Below are positions 27,801-37,598 of a DNA stretch of 64,000 nucleotides, one piece after another. The stretch is from Escherichia phage UP19: sequence record OX638288; one strand, 5' to 3'. Position 1 is the stretch's first letter; every line of letters starts with the position of its first letter. A model generated the notes under the pieces. It made no database searches. It was not told the origin of the DNA and saw only the letters and a list, made by a program, of their open reading frames with translations. Position numbers and translations under genes: made by a program.

Positions 27801-28781
27801 ATGTTAACTATCAAAATCAACAAAGGTATCTATCGCGGTAATGAAATCTCTGGTACGTTCATGAGTTCAGGTAAAACCTGGTTCCCAAATAAAATTCATG
27901 AATCTGAAGCTCACCTCGGTGATGGCAAGGTATTCGTGCAGATTGATGGTGTTGAACGTGGTGTATGGGTGTTCAAATGTGACGTTGAAATGGAAGGCGC
28001 TGAAGCTCCTGCAATGGTTACTGAATCCGCTGAAGAAATGAAACATCGTATCAACAAACGTTTTAAAGTAATGAACATGATGACTAACGGAATCATCGAT
28101 GGTAAAATTCGTTCCCTTATCATCTCTGGTGCCGCAGGTATTGGTAAAACTTATTCTTTGGATAAAGCATTACAGAATGCCCACGAAAATGAAACTATCG
28201 AATATAAATCAATCAACGGAAAGATTAGTGGAATCGGTCTTTACGAGCAGCTTTGGAATAACCGCGGCCCTAATAGTGTTCTTCTTATTGATGATGTTGA
28301 TGTATTCTCTGACATGGATATTCTGAACCTTCTGAAAGCCGCATTGGATACCGGTGAGAAACGTAAGGTGTGCTGGAGCACTTCAAGTTCTTATCTCGAT
28401 GATAAAAATATCGATAAAGAATTCGAATACGAAGGCACCATCGTGTTCATCACCAACGTTGATATTGACCGTGAATTAGAGCGTGGAACTAAACTTGCTC
28501 CGCACCTCCAGGCTTTAGTATCTCGTTCAGTTTACTTAGACCTCGGAGTTCACTCTAACGAAGAGATTATGGTTCGTGTTGAAGACGTTATCCTGTCCAC
28601 TGATATGATGCAAAATCGAGGTCTGACCGATGCTGAGACTTATCAAGCACTGGCATGGATGAAGGCTAATGTATCTCGTCTTCGTAACGTATCATTACGT
28701 ACAGCTCTTTATCTGGCGGACTTCATTGCCACCGATAAAAATGACTGGAGCGAAATCGCTGAAGTTACACTTCTGAAATAA
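27801..28781 (+). CDS. AAA-type P-loop ATPase
   Basis: ATG 27801; Walker A ISGAAGIGKTYS; Walker B VLLIDDVD. Confidence 0.65.
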   Translation: MLTIKINKGIYRGNEISGTFMSSGKTWFPNKIHESEAHLGDGKVFVQIDGVERGVWVFKCDVEMEGAEAPAMVTESAEEMKHRINKRFKVMNMMTNGIIDGKIRSLIISGAAGIGKTYSLDKALQNAHENETIEYKSINGKISGIGLYEQLWNNRGPNSVLLIDDVDVFSDMDILNLLKAALDTGEKRKVCWSTSSSYLDDKNIDKEFEYEGTIVFITNVDIDRELERGTKLAPHLQALVSRSVYLDLGVHSNEEIMVRVEDVILSTDMMQNRGLTDAETYQALAWMKANVSRLRNVSLRTALYLADFIATDKNDWSEIAEVTLLK

Positions 28782-28791
28782 AGGTGAAATT

Positions 28792-29133
28792 ATGTTTGAA
28801 CAATTTATTTACAATCTTTATAAAGCAGGTTTGGCCCATCGTAATGCCATGAAACAGTCCGTCGAGGACTATGATAAAGAAGTTATCGACGGATATACTA
28901 ATAGAGTTTATAAAACAGATTGTGAAGAAGGAGACTACAAGAGACTGCTCTTGGCTGCGAAGACTCAGGCCTTAATAAATCTAGACCGTAAGCAGGTAAA
29001 GTTGGCAGGCGACTTCCGAGGTGAACTCTGCGCCATCAGGAATGAATATCGCATTCGTATTGAACATCAACGGAAACCTAATACCCAATCAGCGTGGTTT
29101 AGTGGACATGCCGGTGAAAAAAGTTTCTATTAG
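28792..29133 (+). CDS. hypothetical protein
   Basis: 113 aa ORF. Confidence 0.5.
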   Translation: MFEQFIYNLYKAGLAHRNAMKQSVEDYDKEVIDGYTNRVYKTDCEEGDYKRLLLAAKTQALINLDRKQVKLAGDFRGELCAIRNEYRIRIEHQRKPNTQSAWFSGHAGEKSFY

Positions 29134-29135
29134 TT

Positions 29136-29180
29136 GTTTACATCTCCAGTAGAAATGATACTATAGACCTATCAACTACT
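29136..29180 (+). promoter_or_regulatory. early promoter / stem-loop cassette (PeSL-like)
   Basis: gtttacatctccagtagaaatgatactatagacctatcaactactggagg; arms ctccagtag / ctactggag. Confidence 0.65.
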
Positions 29181-29190
29181 GGAGGTTATC

Positions 29191-29715
29191 ATGAACGCTA
29201 AAGATATTTTTTCACTGATTAATTTTAACAATGGTAATTTCAAATCTGAAAAACAAAGCAAGTTCTTTAACGACGTTGCTTGTGGTAATGAGATTACCGT
29301 ATCTGGAGGAGAGATTTACAAAAGCCGTTGGAACTGGATTGCTGTCATTGATTCAGTTGGTATTGTAGAGCTCTATAAAAACACTAACAAAAAACGTACT
29401 CTTCACTGGAGTCGTGAAACCAATCAAGCTTATCAAGCTGAACGTAACAAACGTTTAATGCCTACTGAATCTGACCTGGCAAACGTTAAATCAGATATCG
29501 CTTATTTTGATAACTTGATTGCTGAACAACAAGCGGTTATTGATAAGTTTGATGAAATCAAAGCTTGTAAAGAGATTCCTGAATTCATGCGGGAATCAGT
29601 AAACGAACAATACGCCCTCACTTCAGGTCGTATCGAACAGTACAAATCGCAACGAGCTGAACGCCAAGCTCTGCTTCAGAAATTTGAAGAGCGTTTAAAG
29701 ACGGTTCTCGCATAA
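29191..29715 (+). CDS. hypothetical protein with C-terminal coiled coil
   Basis: 174 aa ORF. Confidence 0.5.
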   Translation: MNAKDIFSLINFNNGNFKSEKQSKFFNDVACGNEITVSGGEIYKSRWNWIAVIDSVGIVELYKNTNKKRTLHWSRETNQAYQAERNKRLMPTESDLANVKSDIAYFDNLIAEQQAVIDKFDEIKACKEIPEFMRESVNEQYALTSGRIEQYKSQRAERQALLQKFEERLKTVLA

Positions 29716-29778
29716 ACGCTTTATACCAAGGATGGTATAATGGTTCTAGGTTCTTAATTACTTACTGAGGAAATTATT

Positions 29779-30624
29779 ATGTCACAGGCAATTAATCAAA
29801 TTCGTTCTGAAGTTAAAAAAGTTATTAAATTTGGTCATATTCCGAGTTCCAAAGAAGTGGTTGAAAAGGTCCTATATATGATGTGGGACAAGTTCAATGT
29901 TTGTACTGTTAAAGATGACTTCACTAAAATCTTTGACAAGACTAAAGGTTCGTTTACCTTAGAAGACCGAGTCATGAAAACTCTTCGTAAAACAGGTATG
30001 TTGTCTCGTGCTAATGCCAAAATTATTCTTAAAAATTATAACAAAGGCTACGACCTCTATGGTCGTTTAATCCCGGCGATGTCATTTGACGAAGTGGTTA
30101 AAGACCTTAATACTAATCAACGTCGTCTACTGGCTCTTGGCGCTCGCCTTGCAAAAGGCCAAGATAAACAAATGACATTTAAGACTAATGGTTCAGGTGA
30201 TTGGATTATCTTTAATATTGTTAACCACCCTAGAAATGAAAATGAGTATACCATTTCCCATTACAGTGGTTGCCAATACGACAACTGGAAGTTCCATCTC
30301 CGATTAGCCTTGTCTGAATTAGAACAGCACGGTGTTCTTAGTTTTGGTGATGCCGAAACTGGAGTGGGTCAGCGTATTAAACTTTATAAAATTAAAGACC
30401 TGGCTGAAGAGCATCCAGAACAAGCTCCTAAAATGGAACCTGTACCAGTGCGCAGCAATGAGAAACATCAAGCCCAGATTGAGTATTTTAGCAATTTGAT
30501 TACTTGCTTGAATGTTACAATCCAACAACAAGATGATGAGATTTTCCGACTCTCTGGTCTGAATGCCAAAGCTAAGGCTGAACGCCAGAAATATATCGAT
30601 ATCCTAAATCTTCTTAAGGGTTAA
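29779..30624 (+). CDS. hypothetical protein
   Basis: 281 aa; SD gaggaaattatt ATG. Confidence 0.55.
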   Translation: MSQAINQIRSEVKKVIKFGHIPSSKEVVEKVLYMMWDKFNVCTVKDDFTKIFDKTKGSFTLEDRVMKTLRKTGMLSRANAKIILKNYNKGYDLYGRLIPAMSFDEVVKDLNTNQRRLLALGARLAKGQDKQMTFKTNGSGDWIIFNIVNHPRNENEYTISHYSGCQYDNWKFHLRLALSELEQHGVLSFGDAETGVGQRIKLYKIKDLAEEHPEQAPKMEPVPVRSNEKHQAQIEYFSNLITCLNVTIQQQDDEIFRLSGLNAKAKAERQKYIDILNLLKG

Positions 30625-30708
30625 TTATGGAATGGCTCGCTGTTCTTGGATATGTAATCGTAGCCACGGGTGTTCTGTGGCTAATTTTCTCAAACATTGT
30701 AGGTTAAT

Positions 30709-30924
30709 ATGGAAATCTTAGGTTTTATTCTCCTTTACTTTGTGCTAGGATTTATGACGACCTTTATCATTCATAAATCAGGTGATTGGAATCCAATCGA
30801 AATTGAATCAAGCTATGATGCAGTATTCATTACACTAGTATGGCCCCTACTTTGGGTTGTTTTGGTCATTATGATGGTGTTTTGGCCTATTGCTAAATTC
30901 TATGAAAAATTATTTGGACTTTAA
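30709..30924 (+). CDS. small membrane protein
   Basis: 71 aa; two TM helices. Confidence 0.5.
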   Translation: MEILGFILLYFVLGFMTTFIIHKSGDWNPIEIESSYDAVFITLVWPLLWVVLVIMMVFWPIAKFYEKLFGL

Positions 30925-30925
30925 T

Positions 30926-31807
30926 ATGAACATTAAAACACGTAAAGAATACTCTATATACGACCATGACACGACTCGTCGTATCGCTATCGATCGGCTA
31001 GCCGACTTTGGCTATATTCGTAATGGTAATTATACTTATGGTGTAGGACGTAAAGGAACTTATATCGGTTCTTTGAACGATTATTGCCGTTGCCCAGCCC
31101 ACCTGTTTGGTGCAACATTGCGGGCTAATATCAAAGACCTCTTGGCTACCGCAGGACGTATTTCTACGGTTCCTGTTAATATCAAAAGTATTAATTTTAC
31201 GGCTCGTAACCTAGTCATTAATATTCTGGCTGACGGTATTCAAGTTCGTTTCCGTCCTACCTCAAAAGGTAATAAGGCCCTTCGTGAAGCATTCGAAACC
31301 TTATTCAGAGAAGCAATGACTCGTATTAAGGCCGTAGAATCATATAAAGTTACAACCGATGAATATGCTGATTGTTCTGGACGGGCTGATGCGGTGTATT
31401 TTAATGTTAAACTAACTCGTGAATATCTTTTGTCTTATGCCCCTTATCAATCCCAACAAAAGGACCCACAAATGGAACGTCGTATATCTATCGCTACCTC
31501 TACAGTATCATGTGACAGTGTAGGCCAGTATGCAGCCTATGACAAATTCAAAACCACTGCTGTGCCTAGTCCATTCAATTCCGAACCATATCATTGGAAA
31601 ATTAAACCTGATAATTCTTTGGTTGTTACTAACCCTACGATGAAACCTATTGAGACCTATTATGCAGATAGCATTCAGGAATCAATCCACCGTTTAAATG
31701 GTCAGATTGAAGATGAGAAAAAGAGCATTCAAGACGTATTGACCCGCATCAAGAATATGGAAAACCAGCGTGACAAGCTCAGCGCGGCACTATTAGCTCT
31801 AAAATAG
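30926..31807 (+). CDS. hypothetical protein
   Basis: ATG 30926; 293 aa; C-terminal coiled coil. Confidence 0.55.
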   Translation: MNIKTRKEYSIYDHDTTRRIAIDRLADFGYIRNGNYTYGVGRKGTYIGSLNDYCRCPAHLFGATLRANIKDLLATAGRISTVPVNIKSINFTARNLVINILADGIQVRFRPTSKGNKALREAFETLFREAMTRIKAVESYKVTTDEYADCSGRADAVYFNVKLTREYLLSYAPYQSQQKDPQMERRISIATSTVSCDSVGQYAAYDKFKTTAVPSPFNSEPYHWKIKPDNSLVVTNPTMKPIETYYADSIQESIHRLNGQIEDEKKSIQDVLTRIKNMENQRDKLSAALLALK

Positions 31808-31850
31808 TGTTTACATCCAAGGACGGATGGAGTATAATCCTTTTATCAAC
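31808..31850 (+). promoter_or_regulatory. early promoter / stem-loop cassette (variant with TATAAT)
   Basis: gtttacatccaaggacggatggagtataatccttttatcaa. Confidence 0.55.
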
Positions 31851-31866
31851 TACTGAGGAGAATATC

Positions 31867-32877
31867 ATGACCCGTACTGAATACATCAATGCCTTTACTA
31901 AGTATATCACTGACAATACCCCTCCATTAACACCGTATGAGGTGATAGTTTCTAATATCAATAAATGGGTAGACCAAATTGATAAAGCATTATCCAATTG
32001 TTTCAAAGATGAAATCGAAAAGATTGCAGGCCGTTTGTTTATTTCTGATATCGTAGATACATTTAAAGGTTCTCGACTGCTTTCACGGTTGGTCAATAAG
32101 GATATCCTTTCAGAGTTTGGCAAAGAGAAACACCCAGGTTCCAGCCACGTTGTTAGCTACCAATGGTTTGGTGATGTTTTAAAAAGCTATATCAAAATGA
32201 AAGGTACCGACCCTAAGGGCTTATTTCCTTTACGTTGGGCCGGTGAATTTAAGGCTAACTCCGCATTAATTCTAAAAGCAGCAACCAAAACCTTTGTAAA
32301 GGGTGATTGTCGTACTATCCACCCTATGGCTGATGGCATGATTAAAACAAACAACTATAAAGGGAAGGTGCTTATTTCTATTATTTGGTCGCCTAGTTGG
32401 AAACCTAAAGAAGTTGAAGTTTCGAAATACCAAGATATTTCCTACAATACCCTGAATATTGTAGAACAAGCTTTAGCTTTGATGGATACAGTAGAGAAAT
32501 ATGAGATTCAAGAAATCAACCACCACTTAGGCTGGAAAGGATATGAAGTTTTAGTAACAGTTCGCGAAATCAAATGCCCTGTTCCAAAAACCGACGCTGA
32601 AATTTACCAAGAAAAATGTGAGGAAATTGTGAACACTGATAAAGAGCCTGCAACCTTAGAAGACTTGATTGATGAGCTGAATGGCCCAAGGCTACTGGCC
32701 TGTGCACCAATTACTAAATCCAAGCCGCCAGAAGTAGTTGTTCTGGAAAAAGCATATAAAGATGCCCTTGCTATCAACAAAAAACTGACCGGACAATATA
32801 CTGCTGCCAAGAAACTTTGGGAAGAGTCTACCAATCGTCTGGATAAACTGGAACAAGCCCTGGAGCTGTTGAAATGA
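31867..32877 (+). CDS. hypothetical protein
   Basis: ATG 31867 after SD gaggag; 336 aa. Confidence 0.55.
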   Translation: MTRTEYINAFTKYITDNTPPLTPYEVIVSNINKWVDQIDKALSNCFKDEIEKIAGRLFISDIVDTFKGSRLLSRLVNKDILSEFGKEKHPGSSHVVSYQWFGDVLKSYIKMKGTDPKGLFPLRWAGEFKANSALILKAATKTFVKGDCRTIHPMADGMIKTNNYKGKVLISIIWSPSWKPKEVEVSKYQDISYNTLNIVEQALALMDTVEKYEIQEINHHLGWKGYEVLVTVREIKCPVPKTDAEIYQEKCEEIVNTDKEPATLEDLIDELNGPRLLACAPITKSKPPEVVVLEKAYKDALAINKKLTGQYTAAKKLWEESTNRLDKLEQALELLK

Positions 32878-33095
32878 AATACCAATTAGCTGACGATATT
32901 GACCAAACTATTCCTGATTGGAATGCTGTTATTAAAATTGTCGAACGTCGTGAAAAAGCTTCTAAGAATGTTCCAAACTGTCCTATGTGTGGAACTGAAC
33001 AGGTCCAGTTGGTTCAATGGCGCCATAATCCGCTTCAGTATAAATGCCGCCATTGTAAACACCGATTTGAGCGAGACGAAAATGGCAAAGCGTAA
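32874..33095 (+). CDS. zinc-ribbon small protein
   Basis: CPMC...CRHC four-Cys ribbon. Confidence 0.5.
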   Translation: MKYQLADDIDQTIPDWNAVIKIVERREKASKNVPNCPMCGTEQVQLVQWRHNPLQYKCRHCKHRFERDENGKA

Positions 33096-33318
33096 AGAAT
33101 ATGTAGAGGCCGCCGATAAGGCGGTTCGTGAACTTACTCTGGCTTATTATAAAGAGCATGGTAAATTCCCGGACAGTTATTCAGTATTGAAATCTGCTTT
33201 AACTCGTTCATATAATAATATGCGTTCAGAAGTTTATGATATTATGGACAAACATAAAGAACAAACCGGTCAATACCCGGATTATACTGAGACCTTCAAA
33301 CAAGTATTAGGAATTTAA
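33082..33318 (+). CDS. hypothetical protein
   Basis: ATG 33082; 78 aa. Confidence 0.45.
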   Translation: MAKRKEYVEAADKAVRELTLAYYKEHGKFPDSYSVLKSALTRSYNNMRSEVYDIMDKHKEQTGQYPDYTETFKQVLGI

Positions 33319-33319
33319 A

Positions 33320-33583
33320 ATGTTTAAAATTTATGGTTATGATTCAAATATTCATCGTTGTGTTTTCTGTGATAATGCTAAACGTTTTTTGGATGTTAAG
33401 AAACAACCTTACGAATTCATCAACGTTATGCCAGAAAAAGGTATGTTTGATGATGAGAAGATTGCTCAACTCCTGGCTGCACTTGGTCGCGAATCTCAAA
33501 TCGGTTTGACCATGCCGCAAGTATTTGCCCCTGACGGAACTTCTATTGGTGGCTTTGACCAACTGCGAGCATATTTCAAATGA
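33320..33583 (+). CDS. nrdC: glutaredoxin NrdC
   Basis: 87 aa MFKIYGYDSNIHRCVFCDNAKR...; CxxC active site; like T4 NrdC. Confidence 0.9.
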   Translation: MFKIYGYDSNIHRCVFCDNAKRFLDVKKQPYEFINVMPEKGMFDDEKIAQLLAALGRESQIGLTMPQVFAPDGTSIGGFDQLRAYFK

Positions 33584-33741
33584 TTGAATTATCATTAGTT
33601 ATTTTGTATCTTATCATCGGTATTGGTTATGCTAAGACCCTAGCTAAATTGGATGATTCGGGTGATTTTTGTTGGTGGTTGACGTCTATGATTTGTTGGC
33701 CTTTATTTCTGGTTGGTGCTTCATTCTGGAACTTCAAATGA
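33580..33741 (+). CDS. small membrane peptide (53 aa)
   Basis: ATG overlaps nrdC stop; hydrophobic; below ORF-track length cut-off. Confidence 0.4.
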   Translation: MIELSLVILYLIIGIGYAKTLAKLDDSGDFCWWLTSMICWPLFLVGASFWNFK

Positions 33742-33914
33742 CCGAATTTGATACAGCTTATGAAACCTGCGCAGGAGAGTTTGATACTCCTGCCCCTAGT
33801 AAAGAAACCGTATTGGCAAATCTCCCGGTTTGGTTAAAAGAAGAAGCCAACGAATGGGGCTGGACTGATACCTGTGTACGTGACCAACTATTTGAATTTA
33901 TGGCGGAGTTATGA
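33738..33914 (+). CDS. hypothetical acidic protein
   Basis: ATG 33738 (ATGA coupling); 58 aa. Confidence 0.45.
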   Translation: MTEFDTAYETCAGEFDTPAPSKETVLANLPVWLKEEANEWGWTDTCVRDQLFEFMAEL

Positions 33915-34219
33915 TTGAATTAAATGAACAGACTATTTTTCTAGGTGATGGTACTGAAGATGACCTGGAATATAAACTATACGAGTATATGGTTTGGTTG
34001 GCTAAAGCAGAAGGTATTGACTTTGTTGTGGCTAATCCATATGGCGAGAACACCGTTGTAATCGGTGGCACTGCTTATGAAGTCCAATGGCAATACGTTG
34101 GGCTTGAATCTGAAGAATTTGAAGAAGATGAACATGGTGATTGGCATCCGGTTGGTCCCTGGTTCTGGGAAGACGGTGAACCCGATTTTGAAGTATCAAG
34201 TTGGTGGCGTGACCATTAA
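33911..34219 (+). CDS. hypothetical acidic Trp-rich protein
   Basis: 102 aa ORF. Confidence 0.5.
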   Translation: MIELNEQTIFLGDGTEDDLEYKLYEYMVWLAKAEGIDFVVANPYGENTVVIGGTAYEVQWQYVGLESEEFEEDEHGDWHPVGPWFWEDGEPDFEVSSWWRDH

Positions 34220-34335
34220 GCCCTGGTATACCGCTCGATGGGAAACCGTCGAGCCAGAGGAACCGGTTTACAACGATTCCGAAATAGATTATAATGAACC
34301 TTCAAACAATGATTTAATCGATATGGAGTTTGGAT

Positions 34336-34509
34336 ATGAGTACCAAAATTGAAGTTGGCCGTCATAAAGGCCGTCTGATTGAACATTCACTTTACGAATT
34401 GTCGGATTCCCGTAAGTTACCTGATGAAGAATCTGCTTTAATTTTTGCTGCAGCCGATTATATTCATTGGCTTGAAGCTCAACTTCGCTTTTCCGATGAG
34501 GCCTTCTGA
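34336..34509 (+). CDS. hypothetical small protein (57 aa)
   Basis: ATG 34336; ATGA-coupled to next ORF. Confidence 0.4.
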   Translation: MSTKIEVGRHKGRLIEHSLYELSDSRKLPDEESALIFAAADYIHWLEAQLRFSDEAF

Positions 34510-34811
34510 TGAATTTATTTGAATTTGAAGGTAAAACTGTTCGTATTACTGAAGAAGATGTCGACCATTATGTTGACTGGCCTGAATTAAACGGCAATCG
34601 CGGTTTTGAGTCAGGCGAGCTCTGTGAAGGTGCTGAAGTTAAAATCTTGAAGGTGGAGATTTCTCCATGGGGCAATCCTGAAATCATTGGCGTAACTGCT
34701 ATCGAATTCAATGGTAAGGTATACGAATACACTAAAGAAATGTTTGAAGATACTAAAGCTTCATTCTGGTGTTTTTGGACTAACGATGATAATGAATTTG
34801 AGGTCGCATGA
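34509..34811 (+). CDS. hypothetical protein
   Basis: 100 aa ORF. Confidence 0.5.
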   Translation: MNLFEFEGKTVRITEEDVDHYVDWPELNGNRGFESGELCEGAEVKILKVEISPWGNPEIIGVTAIEFNGKVYEYTKEMFEDTKASFWCFWTNDDNEFEVA

Positions 34812-34984
34812 AAACTGCATTAGTCTATACCGAAAAGTTAAATGGTGACAAAGTCTGGAAACTTCTTATTAAAGGAAGTCCTACCGACCAGTTTATGGCC
34901 ACCTGTATTGGATTGTATACTCGTCCTACTAAAAAGATGATTCGTCAATTTAAACGGTTGCATCGCTCATTTTATAATGTTTAA
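34808..34984 (+). CDS. hypothetical small protein (58 aa)
   Basis: ATGA-coupled; followed by hairpin acccttatctaatacaggtaagggt. Confidence 0.4.
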   Translation: MKTALVYTEKLNGDKVWKLLIKGSPTDQFMATCIGLYTRPTKKMIRQFKRLHRSFYNV

Positions 34985-35019
34985 TAAATACCCTTATCTA
35001 ATACAGGTAAGGGTTTATT

Positions 35020-35493
35020 ATGTTGTTGACTGGTAAATTATACAAAGAAGAAAAACAAAAACTTTATGATGCACAGGATGGTAAGTGTTTAATCTGTACC
35101 CGTGAATTAAACCCTGATGTTCAAAGCAACCACCTTGACCATGACCACGAATTAAACGGGCCAAAAGCTGGTAAGGTTCGTGGGTTACTATGCAACCTGT
35201 GTAATGCCGCAGAAGGACAAATGAAGCATAAGTTTAACCGCTCTGGTCTTAAAGGTCAAAACGTTGACTACCTCGAATGGTTAGAGAATTTGCTTGTCTA
35301 TCTGAAATCTGATTATACTGAAAACAATATCCATCCTAATTTCGTTCCTGATAAAACCAAAGAGTTCAGTAGATTAGGTAAGGAAGAAATGATTGCTGAA
35401 ATGCTTTCACACGGAATGACTTATAATGAATCTGACACAAAGAAACAAATGGTCGATTCATTTAAAAAACAACTGAGGAAATCGCTTAAATGA
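35020..35493 (+). CDS. 49: endonuclease VII (Holliday junction resolvase) gp49
   Basis: 157 aa MLLTGKLYKEEKQKLYDAQDGKCLICTRELNP...; like T4 endo VII; zinc-binding Cys. Confidence 0.95.
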   Translation: MLLTGKLYKEEKQKLYDAQDGKCLICTRELNPDVQSNHLDHDHELNGPKAGKVRGLLCNLCNAAEGQMKHKFNRSGLKGQNVDYLEWLENLLVYLKSDYTENNIHPNFVPDKTKEFSRLGKEEMIAEMLSHGMTYNESDTKKQMVDSFKKQLRKSLK

Positions 35494-35587
35494 TTAATTT
35501 TTATGCCTTAACCGAATCTATGAACGATATTATCCGGCGCATGGGTGTTGAGTATCCTGCTCAATGGTTATTTGTTGTAACTAATAC

Positions 35588-35815
35588 ATGGACTATCGTA
35601 TGAATAAATTTCGTAATGCTGCTTCTGATATCCTGGCCAATATTACATTTGTCCTGTTTATTGTGTGCCTTTTAATCCTGGTTATCCCATTTGGATTGCT
35701 GTTCGTTATTATTGGTGCATTGAGTACTGAAAAGGGTCTTGAAGGGACTGAGTTCGACAAACGAATCCAGGCTGTTCATAGTGTTATTTCTAAAATGATG
35801 AAGGTGAAAGAATGA
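35588..35815 (+). CDS. small membrane protein
   Basis: 75 aa; central TM helix. Confidence 0.5.
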   Translation: MDYRMNKFRNAASDILANITFVLFIVCLLILVIPFGLLFVIIGALSTEKGLEGTEFDKRIQAVHSVISKMMKVKE

Positions 35816-36108
35816 AACGTTTTGAAGAGTATGTAGCTTTGAATTGGACCGCATGGGACAAGTTCGGTAATGACTGGTACTTCCATGACTGTGACCTGAA
35901 CCCTGAATTCTTTAAAGGTAAGGAAGACGACCTTAAGGACATCTATGCTCTGTCAGAGATTCATGGTATTAAACCAACGGTTTATTTCTCTTTTGATGAC
36001 ACTGGTTTCCTTATCCAGATTTACGTCCCATACGGAACTAATGAAGACGAAGTTATCAAAACTTGGGACTACCAAGGAGTTATTTCCTGTGGACCAAAAG
36101 TTAACTAA
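35812..36108 (+). CDS. hypothetical protein
   Basis: 98 aa ORF. Confidence 0.5.
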   Translation: MKRFEEYVALNWTAWDKFGNDWYFHDCDLNPEFFKGKEDDLKDIYALSEIHGIKPTVYFSFDDTGFLIQIYVPYGTNEDEVIKTWDYQGVISCGPKVN

Positions 36109-36406
36109 AATTGAGATTTACGGTATCCCTGAGACAGTCATGCGCTGTCCAGGGTGCATTGCAGTTCTATCGCTCCTAAATTCCCTTTCTATCCCACATA
36201 CTTTCTATCCTGTGATTAACCAGACGCCGTCAGGCGCAGTATATGACAAGCCTCTTATAGTATCATTGGCCAAACGTGCCGGCTTCAAGAGCTTAGCTAT
36301 ACGCTATCCTGTAATCTTTGTTGATAATAAGAAAATAGAAAATATTCCTGCCTTCAAATCCCTTTTGATTGAGCTTGGCTATGACCGAGATTTAATTGAA
36401 GATTAG
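36041..36406 (+). CDS. glutaredoxin-like protein (NrdH-like), start uncertain
   Basis: IEIYGIPETVMRCPGCIAV: CPGC redox motif; first in-frame ATG 36041 overlaps upstream ORF by 68 nt. Confidence 0.5.
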   Translation: MKTKLSKLGTTKELFPVDQKLTKIEIYGIPETVMRCPGCIAVLSLLNSLSIPHTFYPVINQTPSGAVYDKPLIVSLAKRAGFKSLAIRYPVIFVDNKKIENIPAFKSLLIELGYDRDLIED

Positions 36407-36462
36407 TATTTACTTCCTCTCCTCACGTGTTATAGTCTATCCTATCAACACATGAGGAGAAC
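36407..36462 (+). promoter_or_regulatory. early promoter / stem-loop cassette (variant)
   Basis: tatttacttcctctcctcacgtgttatagtctatcctatcaacacatgaggagaa; arms cctcacgtgtt / aacacatgagg include SD. Confidence 0.55.
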
Positions 36463-36465
36463 ATT

Positions 36466-36642
36466 ATGACTATCCAAGATAAAGAAATTAAAGTCAACCA
36501 GTATTATTCAATCAACGGCAAAGCTGTTCTAGTAACTGAAATATCTAGCCTAGACGTGTGGTATACCATAATTGACCTTAATATTAAAACGATTTGTGAC
36601 CGTGGTGTATTTTGTTCGATAGCTAAGGAAATTAAATTATGA
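36466..36642 (+). CDS. hypothetical small protein (58 aa)
   Basis: SD gaggag 7 nt before ATG. Confidence 0.45.
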   Translation: MTIQDKEIKVNQYYSINGKAVLVTEISSLDVWYTIIDLNIKTICDRGVFCSIAKEIKL

Positions 36643-36893
36643 GCCTGAAATTGCATTCAATGAAAAATGTCATCACCCTTAATCTGGATGATGAGCGCCT
36701 AATTTTTCTCACCGTCACTGATAAGAATATTGAAATTGCAAATGGTCCTAAGACTTATTGCTGTCCTGTTAAGAATTGGAAGCATGTAACCTTTTTGACC
36801 CTGGCCGACCGTCTGAAAGACCTTAAGTTGGATTTGGATATCAAAGACATCCAGTACATTAAAAACCTTATTGGATACAAACTGTTGAGGTAA
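36639..36893 (+). CDS. hypothetical protein
   Basis: 84 aa ORF. Confidence 0.5.
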   Translation: MSLKLHSMKNVITLNLDDERLIFLTVTDKNIEIANGPKTYCCPVKNWKHVTFLTLADRLKDLKLDLDIKDIQYIKNLIGYKLLR

Positions 36894-36895
36894 CT

Positions 36896-37189
36896 ATGGG
36901 TAAAACTATCCGTCGTAAAGAATTGCCATCTAGAGATTTTAATTGCATTGCTAGACGTAAAGCACCTGATGGCGTATCGGAAGAAACTTTGAATGAAAAT
37001 ATCTTCCGGTCAGATAAATGGAAACGCTTTAGCGGCGTTGATTCTGAAGTTAAGAATGAAATGAACCGCCAACTTCGTAAAGAAGTGAGAAAACTGAAAA
37101 AAGATGTTTACAGCGACGATGAACCTGATTACAATACTTCTCATCGAGTTGCAAAACGTAAATCAAACGAATGCTATCGTTACAGCTGA
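36896..37189 (+). CDS. hypothetical basic protein
   Basis: 97 aa ORF. Confidence 0.5.
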   Translation: MGKTIRRKELPSRDFNCIARRKAPDGVSEETLNENIFRSDKWKRFSGVDSEVKNEMNRQLRKEVRKLKKDVYSDDEPDYNTSHRVAKRKSNECYRYS

Positions 37190-37196
37190 GGAAAAT

Positions 37197-37328
37197 ATGA
37201 ATATCAAACGTATGCTTTTTAAACAAGGATTATACACTTTAAATGTTACTCCAAAAGGCGATACGACTAAGTGGTCAGTAAATGACTGGATTAAATTTAT
37301 TGATGAAAACGGCAACTGGAAAATTTAA
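37197..37328 (+). CDS. hypothetical small protein (43 aa)
   Basis: SD gaggaaaat before ATG 37197. Confidence 0.35.
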   Translation: MNIKRMLFKQGLYTLNVTPKGDTTKWSVNDWIKFIDENGNWKI

Positions 37329-37529
37329 ATGAATCCTGAATCTAAATTATCACAACGAATTGCTGAAGCCCGTCGTCAGTTCTTTGAAAATATGATAGCT
37401 CAAGGTATTGATGACGAAGTTTTTCTAAACTGGTTTTGGAATAACAAATATTCAAAATGCGCAGGAGCAATATTAATATCAGCCGCAATGATGTATGAAG
37501 GTTGGAAAGGTGCATTAGCACAAAAATAG
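37329..37529 (+). CDS. hypothetical protein
   Basis: 66 aa ORF. Confidence 0.45.
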   Translation: MNPESKLSQRIAEARRQFFENMIAQGIDDEVFLNWFWNNKYSKCAGAILISAAMMYEGWKGALAQK

Positions 37530-37565
37530 TTTACAAACTCTTGGGACCAGAGTATAATGGTCCTA
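37529..37565 (+). promoter_or_regulatory. sigma70-type early promoter with -10 in inverted repeat
   Basis: GTTTACA-17-TATAAT; ggacc / ggtcc arms flank the -10. Confidence 0.6.
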
Positions 37566-37598
37566 CGGATTATAAATTTTTAAACTGAGGAAATTATT

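Noticed and set aside
34065-34352. 95-aa plus-strand ORF overlapping ORF 33911..34219 in another frame
   Set aside because: The first 150 nt overlap a better-supported ORF. Only a short 3' part (possible GTG start near 34209) could be coding; the start is too uncertain to call.
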